From: a virus
Direction: 5' to 3' (one strand)
Virus record (IMG/VR): IMGVR_UViG_3300028584_001241
DNA: 64,000 nucleotides
Made by a program: the position numbers and the translations under genes. Shown one piece after another: positions 50,304 to 59,842 of this stretch. Numbering within the stretch: position 1 is the first letter of the stretch; each line of letters begins with the position of its first letter. Below the pieces are notes generated by a model. It did no database searches and was not told where the DNA came from. It worked only from the letters and a program-made list of their open reading frames with translations.

Positions 50304-52655
50304 TTAAGTCGGTGAGCTTTTGTTTTTTCTTGGTTTTAATACAACTGAAAGATCAGGTCTTGTTGCTAGGAACTTTTCTCTCAATGTGATCAAATCAAGT
50401 TCTCTTTCTTCTTTGGACATTTTTTTAACACCATCCAAAAATTCAATAGCAAATGTTTTATCATCAGCTTTAATATTCAACCCACTCACCAAAGCATTCA
50501 GATCAGTTTTAACACCTTTTAAAGCATCCACGTTAATCTGGCTTACTGAATCACTCATCGCCTTCCAAAATTGATAATAAGGCAGTTTAACCATAAACAT
50601 ACCTGTACCTTCAACCACAAAGCCTTCCATGTGTCTTTTTGTCTTGAATGCACTCTCATTACTTAATGCATTGCAAAATTTCTCAAAATCTTCAAACGAT
50701 CTAAAGCTAACAAATTTCTTTTTAGCCTCAATCTTTTCAAAATTAGCAGCAAAGGCTTCCAAGTTTTCATATGTCAATTGTGAGAATACAACATCACGCT
50801 TCACAACAGATAATAAAACAATTGAAGATTCATCAGCTTTAATAATCTTTGAATCATTAACTGGATCAATGACTTCAAAAATGTAGTTGACATTGTGTTT
50901 ATTCGCAAACACTTTCATAAACTCTAGTTCACTGGTTTTTAGTTTACTGAATACCATTTTTCTGAAGGCTTCTGTTTCTGCTGTATCAATACCATTCTTT
51001 GATGTAAAGACCAAAGCGGTATGTTCAACATCATAACCAATCATTCCCAAACGCCCATCTTCTTGTTCAAAAACATTTAATGAACCCGTTGTTTTCGATT
51101 TAAGAGATTCTAATGTATTAGATGCAACTCCTTTTTCATTAAGCTCATAAAATTTATCAAAACCACGAGCAACAATATCTCCTGTTTTATTATTAACAAC
51201 AAGGCCACGAATCTTTACAGACGATTCTTCAAGTGGCTGACCCACAACATCATCTTTAAAATTAAAAGTAGACAAGTGAGGTTTTGAGATAGAAACAGTT
51301 TCTACCAACAACTTATTACTTCTAAGATCCTGAAGCAATGCAACACCTGTTTTATGACCATCTACTTTACGGTTTAAGAAATTAGCCACTGTACTTTCTG
51401 GTTCAGTAACGCCAAACATACCAGACTCTTTTTCAATCCTAAGTACTTCTTCTTTATTAAATACTTTATTCGTAATATAGATACCATTAAAACCTTCACG
51501 GCTGACTCTCAATACTGGCAAGCTACCACCATATTCTACATCAGCTTCCAAGGCAAAGCTTTTAGCATAACTATTAAAGTCTAATTTATGTTGGTTTCTA
51601 TGACCATGAACCTGATGCCATTCGTTATCTTTATTCTGTTCATTAAACTTACCATCGACATCATAGCTATATGGGCCATAGCCACGCATGTATTCATCAG
51701 ATGTTAAAAGACGTGGAAACTCAGGAACTGCAGTCAATCCAGCATGTGTAGTCATAATCTTTTTGCCATTGTATTGAACAAAACTAAACAAGTGCATTTT
51801 TCTATACAACTCTTTCATATCATCTTTTGTAAACCCAGCTTTTTCAAGTTGTGGCAAAGTATTCTTCATAAACTCATCAGGTGGTGTGTAGATATCATGG
51901 CTATAGTTATACATATGTTTCTCATGATTACCCGCAAGGATCAAGACATTTGGATATTCCATATATTTTCTTACAAAGTGAAGGCACTTATCATTTTCAA
52001 TACCACGATCAAGATAATCACCAACAAAAATGTAGAATTCATCTTTTTTGAAACCACCTTCTAGTTCAAAGTATCTTTTCAATGGATAGAAAGATCCTTG
52101 AAGATCACCAATATAATGTATCTTCTTGTAAGCACTCAAATCAACTATCAAATCTTCCGGTGAAGCTTTTACAAACTTAATAGCCTCTTCTGGAGTAATG
52201 ATTTTCGTTCTATCATCAAATGAAGCATTGGTGAATAGTACATAGTTTCTATCAATAGCCTCTTTTGGCAATCTTTTATAAGGTTCACGTTGTTCATTAC
52301 GAGCGTAATAGAATTCTACTGGTTGCAATGGAAATTGAACCACACGATAATCATAATCAAACTTAGTCAAAAGTTCCATGTAGGAATCAATCGCTTTTTG
52401 ATCTTGGTTAAGGTTATCAATAAAGAGAACCCCACCCATTTGAAGTCTCAATTCAAGAGCTTCCATAAATTTACCGAAGACTAAATCCTCTCTGTTGTTA
52501 GAGAGTACAAGACGGCCATCCATATCAGTAGCCGAACCAGCATAAATATGTCTGATAGCATCAAGTGATAAGCTGTGGGCATCTAAACCATGCTCTCTAA
52601 TAAAAGTAGACTTACCTGTTCCCGGCATGGCTGATAAGAAGTAAACAATTCTCAT
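50304..52655 (-). CDS. polynucleotide kinase - metallophosphoesterase - RNA ligase-like fusion
   Basis: AMPGTGKST P-loop; GDLQG, GDYLDRG, GNHE, HGH; ARGFDKF, EQEDG, EGFVV ligase motifs. Confidence 0.88.
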   Translation of the reverse strand: MRIVYFLSAMPGTGKSTFIREHGLDAHSLSLDAIRHIYAGSATDMDGRLVLSNNREDLVFGKFMEALELRLQMGGVLFIDNLNQDQKAIDSYMELLTKFDYDYRVVQFPLQPVEFYYARNEQREPYKRLPKEAIDRNYVLFTNASFDDRTKIITPEEAIKFVKASPEDLIVDLSAYKKIHYIGDLQGSFYPLKRYFELEGGFKKDEFYIFVGDYLDRGIENDKCLHFVRKYMEYPNVLILAGNHEKHMYNYSHDIYTPPDEFMKNTLPQLEKAGFTKDDMKELYRKMHLFSFVQYNGKKIMTTHAGLTAVPEFPRLLTSDEYMRGYGPYSYDVDGKFNEQNKDNEWHQVHGHRNQHKLDFNSYAKSFALEADVEYGGSLPVLRVSREGFNGIYITNKVFNKEEVLRIEKESGMFGVTEPESTVANFLNRKVDGHKTGVALLQDLRSNKLLVETVSISKPHLSTFNFKDDVVGQPLEESSVKIRGLVVNNKTGDIVARGFDKFYELNEKGVASNTLESLKSKTTGSLNVFEQEDGRLGMIGYDVEHTALVFTSKNGIDTAETEAFRKMVFSKLKTSELEFMKVFANKHNVNYIFEVIDPVNDSKIIKADESSIVLLSVVKRDVVFSQLTYENLEAFAANFEKIEAKKKFVSFRSFEDFEKFCNALSNESAFKTKRHMEGFVVEGTGMFMVKLPYYQFWKAMSDSVSQINVDALKGVKTDLNALVSGLNIKADDKTFAIEFLDGVKKMSKEERELDLITLREKFLATRPDLSVVLKPRKNKSSPT

Positions 52656-52777
52656 TATAATAAAATTCCTATATATACGTTAATATGGTTATTATAGCAC
52701 AGCAATCCACTTTTAAAAAGTTTTTTTTGTTGACTTTGTTTTGTTTATTTTATATAATTAGCTAAAAAGGAGAGTGT

Positions 52778-53443
52778 ATGACTCAAGTCGCATTGAATGA
52801 TTATGTATCAGACTTACATCGAATGGAAGAAGCGTTTAAAGATACGTTTTCTGATAATATTGAGATGTTTGCCGCGAATATTCTTAACCAGAGAATGTTT
52901 ATCTATAATATTGAAAGAAAGATGATGCATAGACTCAATAGCACATCCAACCCAGACAGTCATATGTCTACATTATATAACTATCTAAATGATTACATCG
53001 AAAATAAGACTTCTCCGTACAGGAACCTTGTTTTATTCGAGATTGATCAATTGGTTAACACCAAAAATTGCATAGCAGAAGACGTTGAGAAATATTTTAT
53101 TTTAGAAAACTGTTCAATGACTGTTAACCTGTTCATGCATATGTATTACAAAGAAACAGGAATTGAAATCAACCCGTATGATTTAAAAGTGACAGAGGTT
53201 GAGGACATCTTAATAAGCTTGGGCCTGAATAGAAAAACATCCCTCAAATTTTGTGTAGCTGCGATTGCTGAATGTTTTGAAAGAGGTGATCAAGAACCTA
53301 TTAAAGCCATCGTAGGTGATAAGATTGATAAGTTTTACAAATTTTATGACATGAGTGTTGCTAATCATAACACCCATGACGGTGAAGGTTTTATGTTATT
53401 GCTATTTCTAGCAACCTTCACTTACATTTGTGAATCTTTTTAG
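52778..53443 (+). CDS. hypothetical protein
   Basis: Promoter TTGACT/TATAAT and AAGGAG SD. Confidence 0.7.
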   Translation: MTQVALNDYVSDLHRMEEAFKDTFSDNIEMFAANILNQRMFIYNIERKMMHRLNSTSNPDSHMSTLYNYLNDYIENKTSPYRNLVLFEIDQLVNTKNCIAEDVEKYFILENCSMTVNLFMHMYYKETGIEINPYDLKVTEVEDILISLGLNRKTSLKFCVAAIAECFERGDQEPIKAIVGDKIDKFYKFYDMSVANHNTHDGEGFMLLLFLATFTYICESF

Positions 53444-54050
53444 GGCACACTTGTTTAAATTCTGATGATATTGAATTATGCATTGGTTTATACTTTTCGT
53501 GAAGTTTAGACCAATCGTTTTTCATCAGCAGATAATCTTTAATGACTTGATCATATAATTCATTGCAACTTTCTGGATTAATTTTATTATTCTTTGCTAT
53601 CTGCATACCAAAATCTAAGATGCGAAGTGAATGCCATAAGGACTTATAAGACACACTTAAATTAAAATCCGCCTCAACCGTCAGTTTCTTTTTAGCTTTA
53701 ACATAGCTGTTAGAGCTTTTCTGAGAACAGCTTTCTCTTAGCTTTTCTTTATCTAAAGTAAATCCTTCAATCTCATGGCTAAGTGATGAGGCGAGGTATT
53801 TTTCTTTATGTGGAATATACAAACATTCTAAAACAGAAATTTCATGTTCCTGTAAACGAGCCAAGAATTCATCTTTACTGTAATTGCTGATTTCATATTT
53901 AATATTATTTTGTTCAAACTGTTCTTGAAAGTAAGGCTTATCACTGACAATGATAAAGTCTAAATCTTCTGGGGTTTTATTTTTATAGACGTTAGATCCA
54001 TAAGGGAATACAGCGATGGCGTTATATTTTTCTTTTAATTCGTTAATCAT
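53418..54050 (-). CDS. Pol-beta superfamily nucleotidyltransferase
   Basis: PYGSNVY...EDLDFII followed by a helical domain (KSLWHSLRIL). Confidence 0.75.
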   Translation of the reverse strand: MINELKEKYNAIAVFPYGSNVYKNKTPEDLDFIIVSDKPYFQEQFEQNNIKYEISNYSKDEFLARLQEHEISVLECLYIPHKEKYLASSLSHEIEGFTLDKEKLRESCSQKSSNSYVKAKKKLTVEADFNLSVSYKSLWHSLRILDFGMQIAKNNKINPESCNELYDQVIKDYLLMKNDWSKLHEKYKPMHNSISSEFKQVCPKKIHKCK

Positions 54051-54091
54051 GACAATCTCGTTTTCTTTTCAGTATACCACAAAAAATGAAT

Positions 54092-54120
54092 AAAAAAAAA
54101 GAGAGTCTTTCGACTCTCTT
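54092..54120 (-). terminator. intrinsic terminator of the GGA-rich RNA
   Basis: Minus strand GAGAGTC-GAAA-GACTCTC followed by a run of about 9 T. Confidence 0.85.
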
Positions 54121-54380
54121 ATCATTCCTTTGGTTTCTTACATCCATTAAAACAAATTAACGCTCCGTGTACATAAACTAGAACATATTCCATCTATCAT
54201 TCTAATTTTTCTTCCTTTTCCTTGTAACAGTCCTTTATAGAGTGAGTCCTTAACTTATCATCCTGATAATTGCTGCATCCTTAAATCACTATTCCTTTTT
54301 TTATTGTCGTCCATTACACTTGCCAGCCCACACTCAAAATCATTTCTTATGCAGTTATTCTTATTGTTTCCTTGCTGACA
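54092..54380 (-). ncRNA. CsrB/RsmZ-like GGA-repeat small RNA (candidate)
   Basis: 13 GGA motifs on the minus strand (12 ANGGA, 1 CAGGAUG), no ORF in the track, own promoter and terminator. Confidence 0.8.
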
Positions 54381-54385
54381 ATTAC

Positions 54386-54413
54386 ATACTAACAGGAAAT
54401 TTTTTACTGTCAA
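54386..54413 (-). promoter_or_regulatory. promoter of the GGA-rich RNA
   Basis: TTGACA-16-TAGTAT with TGn extended -10. Confidence 0.7.
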
Positions 54414-54664
54414 CTAAATTTTATAGCATTTTGCAAGATTTTTTCTTGACGCCATTAAAAAAACGCTATTTTTGATGCTTTTTACAAAAGCATATTTAAA
54501 TACTATACTTAATAAAAAGTTGTTTTATATAGTGTTTTTTATGTATGTTATTTATTTATGGTTAAACGATAAATAAATCAAGTTTTTTGCAATGTCTAAA
54601 TGCTCATTTAGGGTGTTTTGCAAGATGGCATATTATCATCATAGGCGTAAATCGCCACATCCTG

Positions 54665-54682
54665 CATAAGACAAAGCTTACA
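54665..54682. promoter_or_regulatory. GacA/UvrY-box-like palindrome
   Basis: Minus strand TGTAAG-CTTTGT-CTTATG, 10/12 match to TGTAAG-N6-CTTACA. Confidence 0.45.
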
Positions 54683-54917
54683 AAGAAATATTTTTAAAAA
54701 TCAAAAATCATGCCAAACTATTATAAAATAAAGAAAAAAGTCAAAAAACAAAGGTTTTTAAGCATTATAATATTACATATCAAGTGAATAATATTATTGG
54801 CGTCAATGACTATAACAAAAATTAGTAAGATTAAAGGTCAGTCATGCTTTCTTTTTTTATAAATTATGTTATTAAATTATGAGAGACACCATTAAAAAAT
54901 AATAGGAGACGCAAAAC

Positions 54918-55199
54918 ATGACTTTTTTAGAAAAAGTAAACGACTTATCAATAAAGCTTCTTGCAATAAAAGAAAAGTTTGATTCATTGGACAGAGATGC
55001 ACTATTGAAGTCAGATTTAGAAGAACTTTTGAAATTAGAGGAACTTTTAAATTTTTACATCAACACTGTTGTAGAATTAGTTATTGAAGAAAACGCTGAG
55101 TTCGTTAAAAACAATAAAGACCTCGTGAAAAACATTTTTATGAATGTGGACGAATTTGTTAAGAAAGTAAATGCAAATATGAATGCAGAATACTTCTGA
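54918..55199 (+). CDS. hypothetical protein
   Basis: AGGAG SD; helical 93 aa. Confidence 0.7.
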   Translation: MTFLEKVNDLSIKLLAIKEKFDSLDRDALLKSDLEELLKLEELLNFYINTVVELVIEENAEFVKNNKDLVKNIFMNVDEFVKKVNANMNAEYF

Positions 55200-55256
55200 T
55201 CGGCACTTTATTAATATAATTTTTATTGTATAATATTAGTATAACAAGGTGATAAC

Positions 55257-55715
55257 ATGTCTAAACTAATTGAAAACCCATACAATGTATTGATAACACT
55301 CAGTGCTAAGATCATTTACGACTTAAAAATAAAAGAAGATAACTGGTTAAAGGTTATTGAATTTGTCAAAGGTCACGTAAATGCTAATGTCAAAAACGAA
55401 GGTTATGCAATAAAACTTATAAAAGAACAAATCAGTGAAGTAGATGCTAACTGTTTTAAATTATGTGTCAATGAATTCAATACTTCACCTGATGTAAAGA
55501 AATGTTATTTCAAACTCATTGACTGGATACTTCAAATTAATTTAAAAAGACAAAGATTATCTAAATCAGTCAATAAGAAGACAGTGGCTAAGCATATCAT
55601 TAAAGAAGAGTTGTTTGAAGCTAATAAACATTTTACCGACAAAAAACTAGTCGCTTCCATTAATGTTGACAAGATTATTGATGTCAGTATCAATTCATAT
55701 ATTAAAACAGCTTAA
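55257..55715 (+). CDS. hypothetical protein
   Basis: AAGGTG SD; terminator downstream. Confidence 0.7.
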   Translation: MSKLIENPYNVLITLSAKIIYDLKIKEDNWLKVIEFVKGHVNANVKNEGYAIKLIKEQISEVDANCFKLCVNEFNTSPDVKKCYFKLIDWILQINLKRQRLSKSVNKKTVAKHIIKEELFEANKHFTDKKLVASINVDKIIDVSINSYIKTA

Positions 55716-55821
55716 AATACATTAAAAGATAAAAGCCCTCACCAGAGGGTTTTTTTATTTGTACATATTCACAATATTCAAAAACATGCTAAAATTATTA
55801 TAATAATTAAAATATATTACT

Positions 55822-56346
55822 ATGACACTATTTAAAATTAGTATTGCAGAACAACTGTCTGCTGAACTTCATGGATTAGTAGACGATTACGCAGAAAACC
55901 TAAGTAACTACATATCCATCAGTGAAAAAGTTGAAGATCGTGAAGAAATAGCAGAAGGCTTGTTAAGTGGAGCTGCTATGTCAGTCATTGCCGCCTTACC
56001 TGTTGGTATGTGGATAGGCTCATCATATTTAGACAGTATGGTGGGTGGTGCCACCATAGGAGCTATATTACCTACGGGGCTTGGTTTGGGAGCAGGCTTG
56101 ATTTCATACTTAAACCATAGAGACTCACACAAACTTTATCTTGATAGTGATTTGGACAAACCTATGCAGTCTCAACATAATGCAGTAGCCGGAAAAGATT
56201 TTCTCGATAAATTAAGTGAACTCAATATTGGTGAGGCTTTTAATGATGTGAAAGCTGTTGTAGATGAAAGTATCAAAAACCCACCAAAATATCAAGAAGA
56301 TGTAGGAGCACAAGTTCGAACTGCACTGTCAAAACATAAATTGTAA
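55822..56346 (+). CDS. Gly-zipper membrane protein, paralog of 56430
   Basis: GGATIGAILPTGLGLGAGLISYLN; colinear with the next gene. Confidence 0.75.
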   Translation: MTLFKISIAEQLSAELHGLVDDYAENLSNYISISEKVEDREEIAEGLLSGAAMSVIAALPVGMWIGSSYLDSMVGGATIGAILPTGLGLGAGLISYLNHRDSHKLYLDSDLDKPMQSQHNAVAGKDFLDKLSELNIGEAFNDVKAVVDESIKNPPKYQEDVGAQVRTALSKHKL

Positions 56347-56429
56347 GAACATTTCTTAACTCTTACAAAGATGTCTTACATTATTTTTTTTATATGCTAA
56401 TATATGATTAATAACTACTCCATACTAAC

Positions 56430-56951
56430 ATGACATTATTCACAAACAAAACAGCCGATGATATCTCTAAAAAACTCAACGATCTTGTTGATGACTTTTC
56501 AACGAAAATGAAGACTTATAAATCAATTGATGCAAAAATTGATAATCGTGAAGAGCTTTCTAATAATCTTTTAATGACTACATTTTTGACAGGTATGGCT
56601 ACAATACCTACTGGTATGATGCTAGGAAAGCTTTATCTCGAAAATATAGGAGCAGGTGGAGCACTAGGAGCAATATTACCAGTAGGATTAGCGGCTGGAG
56701 CTGGTTTACTGACATATCTTAATTACAAATCAAAAGAAAGCCTTGAAAATGATAAAAATATTGAAAACACGCTTAAATCAAAACACAATGAAAAACATGG
56801 CAACGCATTCTTAAAAAAATTAGAAGATCTCGATATAGGAGATACGTTTGATAAAATAAAAAGTATAGTAGATGAGAGCATCAAACACCCACCAGCTCAT
56901 CAATCTAATGTATTGAAAGAAGTTAAAAAAACTTTAAAAAATGATATTTAA
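56430..56951 (+). CDS. Gly-zipper membrane protein, paralog of 55822
   Basis: GGALGAILPVGLAAGAGLLTYLN. Confidence 0.75.
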   Translation: MTLFTNKTADDISKKLNDLVDDFSTKMKTYKSIDAKIDNREELSNNLLMTTFLTGMATIPTGMMLGKLYLENIGAGGALGAILPVGLAAGAGLLTYLNYKSKESLENDKNIENTLKSKHNEKHGNAFLKKLEDLDIGDTFDKIKSIVDESIKHPPAHQSNVLKEVKKTLKNDI

Positions 56952-57004
56952 GATAATAAATTGATAAAATAAAAGAACACATGGTGTTCTTTTTTAATAA
57001 AAAA

Positions 57005-57121
57005 TTATTGTTTTTTTTCAACACATAATTCAAATCTTGGATATTGTCCATCAAAATGTTTAATTCCTTTTGAATAAGTAATACCATTAATTAATTTTGG
57101 GTTTCTAACTGTACCACTTTG
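57005..57121 (-). pseudogene. 3' fragment of the IS-interrupted secreted protein gene
   Basis: QSGTVRNPKLINGITYSKGIKHFDGQYPRFELCVEKKQ*, in frame with 59843..60166 once the IS is removed. Confidence 0.7.
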
Positions 57122-57206
57122 AATTAACAAAATCTACTCATTTCGCTTTTATTGTATTCTTTTTCATTGTAATCTTTCCTTAACTAACTTTTTTCTTGAT
57201 TACTTT

Positions 57207-57803
57207 ATGATTGAATACTCTTCACAATCCCTTTCCATTGGTCATTCTGCTTCTTTACTTGGTGTTTCTGTTTCAACTCTTCGTCGTTGGAATAAACTTG
57301 GTAAATTATCTTCTTTTCGCACTTTTGGTAATCATCGTCGCTTTCATCTCAATGATATACTCAACATCATCAACCCATCGCTTAATCAACTTCATGTGGC
57401 TTACGCTCGTGTTTCTTCTCACGACCAAAAGAAAGACCTTGAAACTCAATCTAAACGTCTAGAACTTATTATTGATCAATATGAGCATAAAATGCTCATA
57501 TCTGATCTTGGCAGTGGTTTAAATTATAACAAAAATGGATTAAAAAAGCTCATTAATCTTATCATTAATTCAAAAATACATACGCTATACTTAACTCATA
57601 AAGATAGATTATTACGATTTGGAAGTGAATTAATATTTTCTTTATGCAAAAAATTTGGCACAAAAGTTATTATTGTCGATGCAGTTCAATCCATTAGCTT
57701 TGAGCAAGAGCTTGCTCAAGATGTGATTGAGCTAATGACGGTCTTTTCGGCTAAACTTTATGGCAAACGATCTCATAAGAATAAAAAATCAATAACTTCT
57801 TGA
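57207..57803 (+). CDS. tnpA: IS607 TnpA serine recombinase
   Basis: MerR-like HTH (LGVSVSTLRRW), YARVSSHDQKKDL, DLGSGLN, HKDRLLRFG. Confidence 0.95.
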   Translation: MIEYSSQSLSIGHSASLLGVSVSTLRRWNKLGKLSSFRTFGNHRRFHLNDILNIINPSLNQLHVAYARVSSHDQKKDLETQSKRLELIIDQYEHKMLISDLGSGLNYNKNGLKKLINLIINSKIHTLYLTHKDRLLRFGSELIFSLCKKFGTKVIIVDAVQSISFEQELAQDVIELMTVFSAKLYGKRSHKNKKSITS

Positions 57804-57828
57804 CTTTTAATAGTTTTTTAGTTACTAT
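57800..57828 (+). promoter_or_regulatory. internal promoter for tnpB
   Basis: TTGACT-17-TACTAT overlapping the tnpA stop, upstream of ATG 57857. Confidence 0.6.
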
Positions 57829-57856
57829 TATGGCATTATTGAGTATTTATTTATCC

Positions 57857-59785
57857 ATGAAAAAGAAACCCAACATCAAAGAGTTATTTGGCCCTACATT
57901 AGATGATGATGTGGCAATGAATAACACCATCACTGTTCAGGCAAAGTTCGAACTTTGTCCTGAACAGGATGTGATCTTGAATAAAATCATGGAACATCTT
58001 ACTCATGCTAAATTTATGTATTTCAACTATCTTGTTTATTCAACTAAAATGAATAAATTCATGAAAGACCATGCTCTTTCTGTTACTAATACTGTCGAAG
58101 TTGAAGATAAAGAAACAGGTTTAAAGTCATTAAATAGTATTACAGCCCTTGAAACGTTTAAAGTTGTTTTTTGTCGTATCTATGGTCTATCATCACGTCA
58201 ATTTAATTCTATTGATTTTGTTATTAAAGGTCTTATTAAGGCTAATAAGACTTTAATGCAAGATAGATTAATCAACTTTAACGATCAACTTATTAAAAAA
58301 ATAGCCAAACAACAAAAAATCATGGGCGAGCTTCATCTTTTGTCCATAAGTGATGCTTTTAAAACTAAGAAAGAGAGCGTTCTTTCGTCTTACAAGAAAA
58401 AGAAAACGCTTTTAATCAAAATAAACGAAGATATTGAAAGAAAAAAATCGGCTATTGTTAGGTTAGATCATAAAATTAAAACCAACAAAATCTCTGTTTG
58501 CTTTGGTGATCGCAAAATATTGAATAGGCTTTCTTCTTTATTCAATGATAGCAATTATGATCATGGTAAATATAAACATCTTAGCAACGACGCTCGAAAA
58601 AGCTATCATGTTGCATACAGAAAGCTCTGGAATGATTCACGTTTTAATCAATTTTTCTTATTGGGTTCAAAAGATGAAAACAATGGAAATGCTTCTTGTG
58701 TGTTTTCAAAACAAAGTGAAAGCCTTTATTCTGTTAAGATTTCAATACCACAAGGTGTTAAAGATGAGCTATCTTTAACTCAAAAGTATTTAGTCATTAA
58801 CAACATTAACTTTAAACATAACGAAAAAGAAATCTTAAATAGTCTTGCTTTAAATGAGCAAAGAAAACAAAAAGAAAGTGAGTACACTCAAAAACGAAAA
58901 GACAAAGATCCATCGTTGTTCGATGATAAAAATAAGATGATAAGTAAAGCAAATTACTTAGAAGATGAAGGTATTGCTATTTCATTTAGATTTGTAAAAG
59001 ATACTTTTGCCGATCCTAAAAGAGTTTCTAACTCTTGGAGAATTCTAACGTCAATGGATGAAACCAAACATCAGAAAGCTATTGTATCAAAAGCAACAGG
59101 CGTTATTGCTATTGATACCAATGTTGACCATTTTGCTGTTTCTGAATTAAATAGTCAAAGAGAATTGAAGAAAGCTTTCAACGTTTATTTTGGTTTCACT
59201 GACAGTGAACAAAATTCCAATAAAACGCTTCGTAAAGAAGCGATATTGAAATCAGCCAAAGAGATTATTAAATATGCAATAGAAACTCAAAAACCAATTG
59301 TAATCGAACGTTTAGATTTCAAAGCTAAACGAGCGGTATTAAAAGAAGAAAATACTTTGTTTGGTGATACTGCCAAAAGAAGAAACCGTATACTTTCATC
59401 ATTTGCATACTCATTGATGATTGAGACGTTAAAAACGCTAGCGTATCGTAACGGCATAGCCGTATACGAAGTCAATCCAGCGTTTACGTCTCAAATAGGT
59501 TGGTTAAAGTATGCAAAAAAATATGGTATATCAAGACACATGGCAGCAGCGTATGTGATCGGAAGAAGAACGTATGCCATAGAAGAGTTGTTTGACCGAA
59601 ATGAGCAAGTTATTGTAAAGAGCAAAATAGGAACAATCCCGATACTAGTAGATAGAGGCGATTGTAAAACTTATTTTGAGTATTGCAGTAAAAACTTGCG
59701 AAATTTCCTAAAAAGACAGGTTCATGAAAACCGAGGAAAGCAAGATAGTACTCAGGTAAGTAGTGGATCTGTAATAACTATTTAG
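57857..59785 (+). CDS. tnpB: large TnpB-related RuvC protein
   Basis: IAIDTN (RuvC-I), IVIERLDF (RuvC-II), VNPAFTSQIG, SRHMAAAYVIGRR; likely start ATG 57857. Confidence 0.85.
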   Translation: MKKKPNIKELFGPTLDDDVAMNNTITVQAKFELCPEQDVILNKIMEHLTHAKFMYFNYLVYSTKMNKFMKDHALSVTNTVEVEDKETGLKSLNSITALETFKVVFCRIYGLSSRQFNSIDFVIKGLIKANKTLMQDRLINFNDQLIKKIAKQQKIMGELHLLSISDAFKTKKESVLSSYKKKKTLLIKINEDIERKKSAIVRLDHKIKTNKISVCFGDRKILNRLSSLFNDSNYDHGKYKHLSNDARKSYHVAYRKLWNDSRFNQFFLLGSKDENNGNASCVFSKQSESLYSVKISIPQGVKDELSLTQKYLVINNINFKHNEKEILNSLALNEQRKQKESEYTQKRKDKDPSLFDDKNKMISKANYLEDEGIAISFRFVKDTFADPKRVSNSWRILTSMDETKHQKAIVSKATGVIAIDTNVDHFAVSELNSQRELKKAFNVYFGFTDSEQNSNKTLRKEAILKSAKEIIKYAIETQKPIVIERLDFKAKRAVLKEENTLFGDTAKRRNRILSSFAYSLMIETLKTLAYRNGIAVYEVNPAFTSQIGWLKYAKKYGISRHMAAAYVIGRRTYAIEELFDRNEQVIVKSKIGTIPILVDRGDCKTYFEYCSKNLRNFLKRQVHENRGKQDSTQVSSGSVITI

Positions 59786-59842
59786 CCGTTGAATAGTTAG
59801 TGATCAGATTTGATCATTTCTCAAAAAGCGGCTGTCAACGTT

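Noticed and set aside
56341-56380. TGTAAG/CTTACA half-sites resembling a GacA box
   Set aside because: Spacing is not N6; better explained as the hairpin at the end of gene 55822
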